A stretch of DNA of 64,000 bases from Candidatus Versatilivorator sp. (GTDB lineage Bacteria; Acidobacteriota; Terriglobia; Versatilivoradales; Versatilivoraceae), in contig OZ242296.1 of NCBI GenBank assembly GCA_965207735.1, positions 3,680,001-3,744,000 of the forward strand, given 5' to 3'. The notes below the pieces were generated by a model. That model searched no databases. It was not told the DNA's origin and saw nothing but the letters and a program-made list of their open reading frames with translations. Both the position numbers and the translations under genes were made by a program. Each line of letters starts with the position of its first letter. The first letter of the stretch is position 1. Shown here one piece after another: positions 17,653 through 26,896 of this stretch.

Positions 17653-18054
17653 TCACCCAAACCGGACGTGCTGTACCACGACTCTCAGACCCGAGGTTCT
17701 GGAAAGTCTCCCGTCGGCAGTCAGGACGGGAACATCCAGTGTGCGGGCGGCTGCGAGATAGAAGGCATCGTAGGCGCTGACGCTGTGGTGATACTGCCAA
17801 GCCAGGCGAGCCAGGTGCCGGTGTGAAATTCGGTCCACCGGCCAGTGGGCCAAGTCATCGATAGCCAACAATGCCCGCGGCTCCTCAAGTTGACCCTTCA
17901 GCACCGCGCGCCGCAACACCGACAAGACCTCCGCGTCCATCAACTCGGGCGCTGCCAGGGATGCATTCTCAATCATGTCTGCTACGGCCCGTCCGAGGGA
18001 GGTTCTCAGGAGGTACTCGACCGCAACCGAGGCATCGATTACGTACCCGGTCAC
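17653..18054 (-). CDS. vapC: VapC PIN-domain toxin
   Basis: VIDASV, PELMDAEV, SAYDAFYL, LTAD; GTG start overlaps the antitoxin stop. Confidence 0.88.
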   Translation of the reverse strand: MTGYVIDASVAVEYLLRTSLGRAVADMIENASLAAPELMDAEVLSVLRRAVLKGQLEEPRALLAIDDLAHWPVDRISHRHLARLAWQYHHSVSAYDAFYLAAARTLDVPVLTADGRLSRTSGLRVVVQHVRFG

Positions 18055-18284
18055 CCGATTTCCAGGTCCCGGTGTGAGCGTTCCTCCCGGAGCAACGCTG
18101 CCGCCGGTACTCCGAGGCTGGTCTTGGGGCGCTGAGCCAAGTGCTTGCGCCACTCCCACCTTGCCAACTCGCGTTCGAGTGCGGCAAGTACCGACGCGCT
18201 CAGGGTGCAGTGGTTCTCTCTCGCGTGGCGGCGCAGGCGCTCGTGAAGATCGTCCGGGATGTTCTTTACTTGAAGGTTAGCCAT
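18051..18284 (-). CDS. FitA/VapB-like ribbon-helix-helix antitoxin
   Basis: MANLQVKNIPDDLHERLRRHA (RHH), directly upstream of vapC. Confidence 0.88.
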   Translation of the reverse strand: MANLQVKNIPDDLHERLRRHARENHCTLSASVLAALERELARWEWRKHLAQRPKTSLGVPAAALLREERSHRDLEIG

Positions 18285-18304
18285 GTCATGATCTTAGCAT
18301 GACA
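18284..18304. promoter_or_regulatory. Probable vapBC operator
   Basis: Inverted repeat TGTCATG-N7-CATGACA at the antitoxin start; TAGCATGA also occurs twice. Confidence 0.6.
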
Positions 18305-18360
18305 CTAGCATGAACACAAGACCGCCAACAGACAGCCGACTCTCCCCCTAACCATGGTTC

Positions 18361-18666
18361 TCAACACCTCACCCAGATATCGTCTCCTTCGATCTTGAGC
18401 GGGTAACATCCCACCTGGACCCGCGGGTTGGTCAAACAGGCGCCCGTGGCCACATCGAAGCGCCAGGAATGCCAGGGGCAGCTCACAATGTTGCCGTCCA
18501 ATGCGCCCTGGCCCAGCGGTCCGCCCCGGTGGACACAGGTGTCGTCGATGGCATGGAGATTGCCATCCACGTTGAACACCGCGATTCTCTTTCCTTCGAC
18601 CTCGACCGTTCGGCCCTGCCCGGCCGGAATCTCATCGGTTCTTCCCACGCGAATATAGTCGGCCAT
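18361..18666 (-). CDS. Rieske 2Fe-2S ferredoxin
   Basis: CVHRGGPL and CPWHSWRFD motifs. Confidence 0.92.
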   Translation of the reverse strand: MADYIRVGRTDEIPAGQGRTVEVEGKRIAVFNVDGNLHAIDDTCVHRGGPLGQGALDGNIVSCPWHSWRFDVATGACLTNPRVQVGCYPLKIEGDDIWVRC

Positions 18667-18743
18667 AGTCGCCTCCTTGTGGATCGGATGTGGATTCCGT
18701 CTCGCCGAGCCGGCGAAGGCCCACCATTGATGTGCGAACCGGA

Positions 18744-18790
18744 AATCTCTTGCCTGTCGGGAACAAGGACCCTGTTTTTCGTTTGTTTCA
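18744..18790 (+). repeat. Short chimeric copy of the modular repeat
   Basis: AATCTCTTGCCTGTCGGGAACAAGGACCCTG (cf. 27093-27125) joined to TTTTTCGTTTGTTTCA (cf. 2054-2069). Confidence 0.75.
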
Positions 18791-18792
18791 AA

Positions 18793-20322
18793 CTAGCTTG
18801 AACTGGGCCGGTCCAGAAGCCTTGCCCGGTAGCCTCCCGTCCGCTTGAAGTAGGCCATCAGGATGAGATACCCCGCGAGCATGATGAGGGGCAGGATGGC
18901 CACGGTCATGAGGGCATCCTTCTTGGCGCCGGATTGCACCTCTCCGATCAGGCGGAGGTCGTCCGAACTTGCCGCCTGGAGCTTTTTCTGGTCCAGTGGC
19001 CGATATCTGCCGAATACGCTCACCTTCTCCTGGCTCACCACCTGGGCATGCAGGGCAGGGTTCTGCGCGTGCAGTTCGCGCTCGATCACCCGGTCCTGAA
19101 CGTGTCCGAGAAAGGCGGCGCCGACCACTCCCACGCTGAGTGTCCCGACGGCTGCAATGGCGTTGAGAGTCAGGGCGCCTCCTCTGGGAAACTGCTCGGA
19201 AACGACCCCCAGCATGGTGGGCCAGAAGAAGGTCTTGCCGAACCCGTACAGGGTCGCCGCCAGCAGAATGACGATCCCGGTGGATGTCGACAGCGCTACC
19301 AGTCCGACTGCCGCCACCAGGCTGCTGACGGCCAACAGGCCCAGAGGGGAAAGCTTGTGCACGAACGGACCCGCGAAAAAGCGGAGAATCATCATGATGA
19401 GGGAGGTGTAGACCAGCACCCATCCCGGATGGATTCCCAATTGGCTCATTTCGGGGGCCATGAGAGAGGTGATCCAGCTATCGGTACCCAACTCGGTGGT
19501 GGCCAGCGGGATCATCAGCAGCAGAAGGAAGAAGAACATCATCCTGCCCCAGGAGCGCACGTAGAGCGTGTAGCCGCCCACCAGAACGCCGCCCACCGCC
19601 AGTTGAATCACGAGTGGCCAGGAGAACACGCGGCCCACCTCGCTGACGATCAGGGCAACCACGATCAGGATTCCCAGAATCCCTGCTTCCTGGAGCATGG
19701 CCTTGTAGGAAACACCGGCCTGGACCCGCTCTTGCACGGGGAACTTGCAGCCCGGCAACATCAGTCCATAAACTGCCGTCGGAAGCAGGATCAGGGCCAC
19801 CTTCCACTGCCAGTCCACGCCGCCCATCATGAGGGCCAAGATGCCTCCCAGAACCAGTCCGCCCGGCCAGCCCGCATGCAGGATATTGAGCCACTTGGTC
19901 TTGTCCCGGGGATACATGGTGGCCACCACGGGATTGACCACAGCCTCCACGGTTCCATTGCCCAGCGCCACGATGAAAGTCCCGATATAGAGACCCCAGT
20001 AGCCCTGAGCCAGGATGGTGATTACGGCCGAGGCCAGGTGGCAGACAAAGGCGAAGGCCATGGCCTTGCCGTAACCGATTCGGTCCACAACCAGACTGAA
20101 CAGGACGATACTCAAGGCAAAGGGCCACAGGCCCACACCGAATATCTCGCCTTTCTGTGTTTCGCTGAGGTTGAACTGGACGCCCCACTCGTTGATGACC
20201 TGAGTGCGCACGATGAAGCCGAAGGCGGTGGCTACCAAGGCGATGAAGCTGGCCCAGAAGAGCCGCCTGGCGTTGGAATCGAGCCGTGGCCGCTCGTCCC
20301 CTGGTGAGTTGGGATGGTCCAT
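18793..20322 (-). CDS. MFS transporter
   Basis: About 12 TM helices; VVDRIGYGK motif A; GNGTVEAVVNP. Confidence 0.9.
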   Translation of the reverse strand: MDHPNSPGDERPRLDSNARRLFWASFIALVATAFGFIVRTQVINEWGVQFNLSETQKGEIFGVGLWPFALSIVLFSLVVDRIGYGKAMAFAFVCHLASAVITILAQGYWGLYIGTFIVALGNGTVEAVVNPVVATMYPRDKTKWLNILHAGWPGGLVLGGILALMMGGVDWQWKVALILLPTAVYGLMLPGCKFPVQERVQAGVSYKAMLQEAGILGILIVVALIVSEVGRVFSWPLVIQLAVGGVLVGGYTLYVRSWGRMMFFFLLLLMIPLATTELGTDSWITSLMAPEMSQLGIHPGWVLVYTSLIMMILRFFAGPFVHKLSPLGLLAVSSLVAAVGLVALSTSTGIVILLAATLYGFGKTFFWPTMLGVVSEQFPRGGALTLNAIAAVGTLSVGVVGAAFLGHVQDRVIERELHAQNPALHAQVVSQEKVSVFGRYRPLDQKKLQAASSDDLRLIGEVQSGAKKDALMTVAILPLIMLAGYLILMAYFKRTGGYRARLLDRPSSS

Positions 20323-20451
20323 GGATTGGGGCAGGCCTGCCGTATGTCGGTGCTGTCGAAACAGGCGCAGCTTAGCTCAGGCCCGGGTCGCTGTCAATCC
20401 GATTGCCCTCAGGCAACAATGATTTGATTTCCCGGCTTTATCTGGGAAAGA

Positions 20452-23022
20452 ATGCTGTCAACCATGAAGCGCGAAGCACTGAACCGGCAGTTCGATCGCC
20501 TCAAAGAGGACTTTTGTGGGCACCTGCAAGTGGAGACCACGCTTGGGGCCATGACCGGGCTCATCAAGGGCGTGGTCGAGGATGCCTACCATGAGGCACG
20601 AACCGCGCTGCCCCCCGGCCGCAACGGGATCGCGTTGCTCTCAACAGGGGGGTTCAGTCGAAACCAGCTTCATCCCTATTCCGACATCGACATCCTGGTG
20701 CTATTTGCCGGACGGCTCCGGGAAGAGGACGAAACCTTCCTCAAGAGGCTGCTTCATCCGCTCTGGGATCTGGGGCTGCACATTGGCCACCAGATCCTGG
20801 AGTTGAACCGCTATCGCTTCGATCCGGAGAACCTGGAGCTGGCTACCGCCCTGCTGGAAACGCGCCTGGTGGCCGGTGACTCCCGCCTGTATCAACAATT
20901 CCTGCAACGGGACGTGAAGCGGCTCCTCAAGCGGCAGCGCAAGCAATTCCTGCGTGTTCTGGTGGACAACTACGAGGAACGCCAGAAGCGTTTCAGCTCG
21001 ACCATCTACCAGTTGGAACCCGACATCAAGGAGACCCCGGGCGGCCTGAGGGATCTGCAGGTGGCCGGCTGGCTGAGTCGACTCCTGTACGGAGTCGACT
21101 CGGGGCAGGGTCTGATTGATCTGGACCTCCTGAGCCAGACCCAGTGGGACGATCTCAGAGAGGCGCAACGGTTCCTGATGCAGTTGAGGACCTACCTTCA
21201 TGTTTTGGCAGGACGCAACCGGAACGTCTTGTCTCACGAATCCCAGGAAGAGATGGTCAAGGTCTTGGGCTACTCCGCCGACACTCCCTGGATGGCCGTT
21301 GAAAACCTGATGAAGGACTACTTCCTGAGGGCCAAGGTCATTCACGCCTTTTGCGAATCAATGGTTCGGAGGGCCTTTCCTCCCGTCAGACGCCACAGGC
21401 GCTCCCTGAAAAAGACCTGGACCACCACCGTTGTCAGGAAAAACGCTCTGGCCTTTCCCCGGGAAGCAGTGATTCATGAGAATCCTCTCAACGTCCTGAA
21501 ACTGTTTTCCCGTTCGGTCAGGTACCAGGTTCCCGTCAGTGAAGAGGCTCTGGATCAGATCCGGAGGAACCTGCCGCTGATCGGCGAAAAGCTTCGGGGC
21601 ACGGCGGAAGTCCGAGACCACTTCCTGAGGTTGTTGCGCCCGCGCCAGGGCGTTTACGAGGCGCTGTTCCTGATGCACGAGATCGGACTGTTGGGACAGA
21701 TCTTTCCGGAGTTCGATCGGATTCGCTGCCACGTCACCCGGGACTTCTTTCACAAGTACACGGTGGACGAGCATTCCCTCCTGACCGTCAAGAACCTGGA
21801 AGATCTCTATCGCGAGCGAAGTCGTCGCTTCGGCGAGATTCTCAGGGGCCTTCAACGTCCCGATCTGCTGCTCTTCTCCCTGTTGTTCCACGACGTCGGA
21901 AAGGCCGAGCTGGGCAACCATTGCGAGAAGAGCCTGGAGGCCGTTGACCGGATTGCCCAGCGGATTCAACTGCCCCAGGCGGATCTCGAAACGGTCCGAT
22001 TCCTGGTCAGCGGCCACCTGGAGATGTCCAACACCTTTCAGCGGAGAGACGTGACCGATGAATCCGTAATCAAGCGCTTTGCCGAATTCGTGGGTAACCA
22101 GGACAACCTCCGTCTGCTCTGTCTGGTGACCTACGCCGACATCACGGCCGTCAGTCCCGAGGCGCTGACCCCGTGGAAGGAAGACGTGTTATGGCAGCTC
22201 TACGTGGAAACCAATGCTCAACTGACCCGGGACTTCGCCGATGAGCGCTGGCACCTGAACGAGGATTCCGGCTTGATGGAGGAGGTTTCCGCTCTGGTGG
22301 GGGAAAGCACCGACAGCTCGCGACTGCAGGTCTTCCTGGATGGGTTTCCGCGACGTTATCTGCGCTTCACTCCCAGGGAGCACATCGCCGAGCACTATCG
22401 TTTGTCTGAAGGGATCCGATCCCCTACCGATATCGTCAGCCGACTGACCCGGCATCGGTCGACCTACCGGCTCACTTTCATGGCGTTGGACCGCCCCAAC
22501 CTGTTTGCCAAACTGACCGGGGTTCTGGCCTGCTACGGCATGAACATTGTTCGGGGGCAGGCCTTCGCCAACAGCCACGGTTTGATCCTGGATTTGATCG
22601 AGTTTGAAGACCGGCTGCACACGTTCAAAATGAACCGGAGCGAGATGGATGCCTTTCAGAATACCCTGCGCGGGGTGTTGCTAGGCCGGCAGGACCTGGC
22701 GGTGTTGCTCAAGAAAAGGGAAAGTAGTATTCTTTTGCAGTCCAAGAGTTGGAGACCGATCCAGACCTTTGTGGGTTTCGATGACCATGCCTCGGACAAG
22801 TACACCTTGATGGAAATCGTGACCCGCGATCGTTTTGGTCTCTTGTATACTGTCGCCACCACCCTGGCGAGGAACGACTGCAACATCGACGTCGCCCTGA
22901 TATCCACCGAAGGACACAAAGCCATTGACGTTTTTTACCTGACGCGGGCGGGAGAGAAGTTGACCTCCATGCCTCAGCAGATGCTGGAAGAGTCGTTGCA
23001 TCGGGCTCTGGATGGGTCCTGA
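20452..23022 (+). CDS. glnD: [Protein-PII] uridylyltransferase / uridylyl-removing enzyme
   Basis: GGFSRNQLHPYSDIDI, EPDIKETPGGLRDL, HKYTVDEH, FHDVGK (HD domain), two ACT domains (DRPNLF, DRFGLL). Confidence 0.95.
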   Translation: MLSTMKREALNRQFDRLKEDFCGHLQVETTLGAMTGLIKGVVEDAYHEARTALPPGRNGIALLSTGGFSRNQLHPYSDIDILVLFAGRLREEDETFLKRLLHPLWDLGLHIGHQILELNRYRFDPENLELATALLETRLVAGDSRLYQQFLQRDVKRLLKRQRKQFLRVLVDNYEERQKRFSSTIYQLEPDIKETPGGLRDLQVAGWLSRLLYGVDSGQGLIDLDLLSQTQWDDLREAQRFLMQLRTYLHVLAGRNRNVLSHESQEEMVKVLGYSADTPWMAVENLMKDYFLRAKVIHAFCESMVRRAFPPVRRHRRSLKKTWTTTVVRKNALAFPREAVIHENPLNVLKLFSRSVRYQVPVSEEALDQIRRNLPLIGEKLRGTAEVRDHFLRLLRPRQGVYEALFLMHEIGLLGQIFPEFDRIRCHVTRDFFHKYTVDEHSLLTVKNLEDLYRERSRRFGEILRGLQRPDLLLFSLLFHDVGKAELGNHCEKSLEAVDRIAQRIQLPQADLETVRFLVSGHLEMSNTFQRRDVTDESVIKRFAEFVGNQDNLRLLCLVTYADITAVSPEALTPWKEDVLWQLYVETNAQLTRDFADERWHLNEDSGLMEEVSALVGESTDSSRLQVFLDGFPRRYLRFTPREHIAEHYRLSEGIRSPTDIVSRLTRHRSTYRLTFMALDRPNLFAKLTGVLACYGMNIVRGQAFANSHGLILDLIEFEDRLHTFKMNRSEMDAFQNTLRGVLLGRQDLAVLLKKRESSILLQSKSWRPIQTFVGFDDHASDKYTLMEIVTRDRFGLLYTVATTLARNDCNIDVALISTEGHKAIDVFYLTRAGEKLTSMPQQMLEESLHRALDGS

Positions 23023-23173
23023 TCCGGGGCACGGCTCGACCCGAAGGACAGGAGTCAAGACCGCGGCTTCGTATTGCCGGCATACGAGTCGTGGCTCCCT
23101 CAAGCTTCATCAAGAGTAGTCATTTGTTCTGGAATTCGCATTGTTGGTTACCTCAAAGAGGAAGGGGAAATCC

Positions 23174-23506
23174 ATGAAGCTCGTGAAATGCATCATTCGG
23201 CCCAATAAAGTCGAGGAAGTCCGAGAGGCTCTGTCGCAGGTCAATGTTTCCGGTATGACCGTTACCGAAGTACGCGGTCATGGCCGACAAAAAGGCCACA
23301 AGGCCATTTATCGAGGCCGGGAATACAGCGTAACCCTTCTGCCCAAGATGATGATCGATTTGGTGCTGCCGGATGATCTGGTGGACGAGGTACTGAAGGT
23401 CGTCATCGACACCGCCAGAACCGGGGAGATTGGGGACGGTCGGATTTTCGTCCTTCCGGTAGAGGAGGGATACAACATCCGGACCGGAGAAAAAGACGTC
23501 AATTGA
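23174..23506 (+). CDS. glnB: P-II nitrogen regulatory protein
   Basis: GRQKG, YRGREY (Tyr51 retained), RTGEIGDGRIF; glnB versus glnK not resolvable. Confidence 0.92.
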   Translation: MKLVKCIIRPNKVEEVREALSQVNVSGMTVTEVRGHGRQKGHKAIYRGREYSVTLLPKMMIDLVLPDDLVDEVLKVVIDTARTGEIGDGRIFVLPVEEGYNIRTGEKDVN

Positions 23507-23524
23507 CCCGATCATCCAGTGACG

Positions 23525-23621
23525 GATTGTCGATTGCAGATTTGTAATTGTGGATCTGCGACAGACAATGCCGACGGAAGCATTGACGGCGATTTTCACC
23601 TCAAATCCCAAGTCTACAATC
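23525..23621. repeat. Inverted heptamer-array element between convergent glnB and glnE
   Basis: Left arm GATTGTC GATTGCA GATTTGT AATTGTG GATCTGC; right arm (minus strand) GATTGTA GACTTGG GATTTGA. Confidence 0.65.
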
Positions 23622-23627
23622 CAATAT

Positions 23628-26600
23628 TCACCCTCCCCCGCCCAGCCTGGCCACGATCTCCTGATAGTGGCTTCGTACGCGGCCGGTGGTCGCCAGGTAG
23701 TGTTCGGCGAAGGCCTCCGCGGATTGGCAGTAAGGAGCCTTGGGTTCCCCCAGCAGGAGAATCAGCTTCCGGAGATGCTTCGGGTCGCGAGAGATCGTAG
23801 AGACGCCGTCGATGGCTGCGATACGGAGGCTGTTTTCCAGACGGCGCAGGAACCGGTAGCCCTCCGACAGGTCCCGAACCGCACCCTTGCCCAGGAGTCC
23901 CCGTCTTTCCAGGCGAGCCATGGCCGTGAGTGTGTGAGGGTTGCGGAGTTCCGGATACTCTCCTCCGTACTTGAGCTGCAACAACTGAGTGGCGAATTCC
24001 ACATCCTGCAAGCCTCCGGCCCCGGCTTTCAAATGGAAGCGGGCTAGTTGGGACTCTCTGCCCAACTCTATTTCCATGCGACGCCGGAGGTGAGCGATCT
24101 GGGAGGCTTCCTCCGGCCTCAATTCCGGCTGATAGACGAATCCGTCGATCATGGCTCCGATCTGCCGACGTAGGCGGCGTCCGCCCGAAATGAAACGGTG
24201 GCGGGACAGCGCCAGGCGCTCCCAGGCTTCCGCCCGTGTTGCCAGGTATTCCCGGTAACGGGATGCCGGTGTGACCAATTCTCCCTTGCCGCCCATGGGC
24301 CGTAGCCGGGTGTCGATGCGATAAATGGTTCCCTCGCCCTGCGACACCGAGAGGATCTCGTCGAGGCGTTCGACCAGACGGACACAGCGTCGCTGGCTCT
24401 CCCAGGCTGCCGCGGCATCCTGGTCGGCATAGAGGTAGACCAGGTCCAGGTCGGAGTGGTAGCTGAGGTCGTTGCCTCCCAGCTTTCCCAGGGCCACTAT
24501 GGCGACCTGCTCGCGCGCCCAGCCGGTGAAGCCCGGTCCGAAGCGGTCTTCCAGGCTTTCACAGGCCAAATCGAAGGCCGCCAGCAGGCAGCACTCCGCC
24601 AGGCCGGCCATCTGCTTCCCGACCTGGTCCCGACTCAACTCGCCCAACACGTCCTTCATTCCGATTCGAAACATTTCGGTTTGCTGGTAGCGTTTCAGAC
24701 GCCCGCGCTTTTCCCGGTCATTGCCGCCTTCCCGGAGCAGGGGGGCCAACTCGTGCGAGAAGCGCGAGAGTGTCTTCTGCCGCTTCAACTCGTCGGGGCG
24801 AACCAGGGTGTCGAAGAACTCGGGCCGTCGGCAGAGGAATTCCGAAAGAAATCGGCTGGAGGAGAGCAGTCTCACGAGTCGGGCCAGAACTGCCGGGGAC
24901 TCGTTCAGCAACCCGTAGAGAGAATCCCGATCGCCCAGGGCGTCGGCGAAACTCTCAAATGCAGAAAGGCCGGCGTCGGGGTCGGGGCTGGACTGCAAAC
25001 GGCTCAGCAGTCCGGGCATCAGGTTGGCCAGCAGGTTGCGCATGCGAGAAGGGGCATGCGCGAAGGAGGGGGCATCCCGCAACAGGGTGATCTGGTGGTA
25101 AGCGGTTCTCAGGTCGGCAAATCCGCGGGCGGCAAGCATGTCGTGGGCCTCCTGTTCCGGAAGTCCCGGATGGAGCACCAGCGCCGCTTCCCTGATCTCG
25201 ACTCCGGCAGTGCCTTCCCGCCGCCAGGCCACCAGGTCTTCAAACATGCGGTGCACCTGCGCCGTGTGACGGGCGTAGGTTTGCCGGAACCTGTCCAGGG
25301 TTTCCGCGACAGTGGAGCCGGCAATCCCCATCCGACGGGCGCACTTGTAGAGGTCCTCTTCTTTCTCCGGCAATTCGTGGGTCTGGAAATGAGAGACCAT
25401 CTGAAGCTTGTGCTCCAGGTCGCGCAGAAACTCGTAGGCTTCCTGCAGACTGCGATGTTCCCTGGCGTCGAGGAATCGAGCCCGGTGCAGCGCCTCCAGG
25501 GCGCGCGCCGTCTGCGCCTGCTGCAGGTTCGGATGCCGGCCCCCATAGATGAGTTGGAGTGCCTGGACGAAGAATTCGACTTCGCGAATGCCGCCCTCTC
25601 CCAGCTTGACGTGCCGTCCCTGTTTGCCCGTTGAACCCAGCTTGGCGTTGATGCGGTTCTTGACCTCCTCAAGCTCCTCCAGAGAGGCAAAATCCAGGAA
25701 CTTGCGATAGATGAAGGGTCGAAAGGTCTCGCAGAAGGTCTTCCCCAGTTCCCTGGATCCGCCCACCGGCCGGGCCTTGATCAAGGCCAGTCGTTCGAAG
25801 GTTTCCCCCCAACTGCCATAGTAGTTCCGAAAGTCGGTCAATGAGGCTGCGATGTTGCCGGCGCCGCCTTCGGGCCGCAGCCTTAAATCCACCCGATAAA
25901 AGGCTCCTTCATCGGTCGACTCCGACAGGGCTTGGGTGATCATGCGAGCCAGCTTGGTAAAGAAGTCGCGATTTGAAAGGATCTCTGGAGGCCTGCTTGA
26001 AATAGGTGCTTTGGAGTCGGCCCACACGCCGCCGGTGTGGCCCTCCTCCCCGTCGTAGCAGAAGATCAGATCGATATCGGAGCTGTAGTTGAGTTCCTCG
26101 CCTCCCAGCTTGCCCATTCCAAGTACGGTAAAGCGGGCCTCTCTCATAGTGCGCCGGCCATCGGATGTTTGGGGAACTCCGTAACGACTCGCCAGCCGGG
26201 CCCGGCAAATCTCGTAGACACGGTCAATGACCGACTCGGCCAGACGCGACAGTTCCGTGGTGGTGTCCCCCACGTCGATGATTCTCAGAAGATCGCGCGC
26301 GCTGATGCGCAACATCTCCCGGCGCTTGAAGCGGGCCAGGCTCCTCAATTGATCCTCTTCGTCCCAGCTCCGGGCGATAGCCTGACGGGCCCCCTCGTTA
26401 TAGGAGGCCAGGGACTTGGGCCAGGGCGCGCCCAGCTCGTTCAGCAGCCAATAGAAGGTCTCCGGGTCGCGAATGATGATTTCGGAGACGTAGCTGGATG
26501 AGCCGCAGATCAGGACCAGGGCCTCGAGGGCCTCGGCGGTGTCGCCCAGGAAGCCCAGGAAGTTCACGGGGTGGCTGACCACCCCCAGCAGGCGTTCGAA

Positions 26601-26816
26601 GTGGTTGAGCGCTCCGTCGGGGTCGGGTGTTTCCCGGGCCACCTCCAGCAACTTGTCCACCATGCGGGCCAGGGCCAGCCGGGTAGTTACGTCCTCCGCC
26701 ATCAGTTGAAGATTACGGTCGGCGGCTCCGGGGTCCGCGAATCCAAATCGGGCGAGGAATTCCGCTACCTCTTCCGCGGAAAGTTCGGGCGCCAGCAGCA
26801 GGTCTTCGGGCTTCAT
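23628..26816 (-). CDS. glnE: Glutamine synthetase adenylyltransferase
   Basis: Two NT domains (GKLGGEELNYSSDIDL and GKLGGNDLSYHSDLDL); YRVDLRLRPEG; KLGEGGIREVEF. Confidence 0.95.
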   Translation of the reverse strand: MKPEDLLLAPELSAEEVAEFLARFGFADPGAADRNLQLMAEDVTTRLALARMVDKLLEVARETPDPDGALNHFERLLGVVSHPVNFLGFLGDTAEALEALVLICGSSSYVSEIIIRDPETFYWLLNELGAPWPKSLASYNEGARQAIARSWDEEDQLRSLARFKRREMLRISARDLLRIIDVGDTTTELSRLAESVIDRVYEICRARLASRYGVPQTSDGRRTMREARFTVLGMGKLGGEELNYSSDIDLIFCYDGEEGHTGGVWADSKAPISSRPPEILSNRDFFTKLARMITQALSESTDEGAFYRVDLRLRPEGGAGNIAASLTDFRNYYGSWGETFERLALIKARPVGGSRELGKTFCETFRPFIYRKFLDFASLEELEEVKNRINAKLGSTGKQGRHVKLGEGGIREVEFFVQALQLIYGGRHPNLQQAQTARALEALHRARFLDAREHRSLQEAYEFLRDLEHKLQMVSHFQTHELPEKEEDLYKCARRMGIAGSTVAETLDRFRQTYARHTAQVHRMFEDLVAWRREGTAGVEIREAALVLHPGLPEQEAHDMLAARGFADLRTAYHQITLLRDAPSFAHAPSRMRNLLANLMPGLLSRLQSSPDPDAGLSAFESFADALGDRDSLYGLLNESPAVLARLVRLLSSSRFLSEFLCRRPEFFDTLVRPDELKRQKTLSRFSHELAPLLREGGNDREKRGRLKRYQQTEMFRIGMKDVLGELSRDQVGKQMAGLAECCLLAAFDLACESLEDRFGPGFTGWAREQVAIVALGKLGGNDLSYHSDLDLVYLYADQDAAAAWESQRRCVRLVERLDEILSVSQGEGTIYRIDTRLRPMGGKGELVTPASRYREYLATRAEAWERLALSRHRFISGGRRLRRQIGAMIDGFVYQPELRPEEASQIAHLRRRMEIELGRESQLARFHLKAGAGGLQDVEFATQLLQLKYGGEYPELRNPHTLTAMARLERRGLLGKGAVRDLSEGYRFLRRLENSLRIAAIDGVSTISRDPKHLRKLILLLGEPKAPYCQSAEAFAEHYLATTGRVRSHYQEIVARLGGGG

Positions 26817-26896
26817 GGGTCAGGTGATTTCACTACTAGAGGAGCGGTTGGGATCTTAACTCGCATTTCTGTCCAACGGTAGGAGAAGTCGGTGCT

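Noticed and set aside
23132-23146. Sigma-54 promoter before the PII gene (TGGAAT-N5-TTGT)
   Set aside because: The -12 GC is missing and the -24 match is weak
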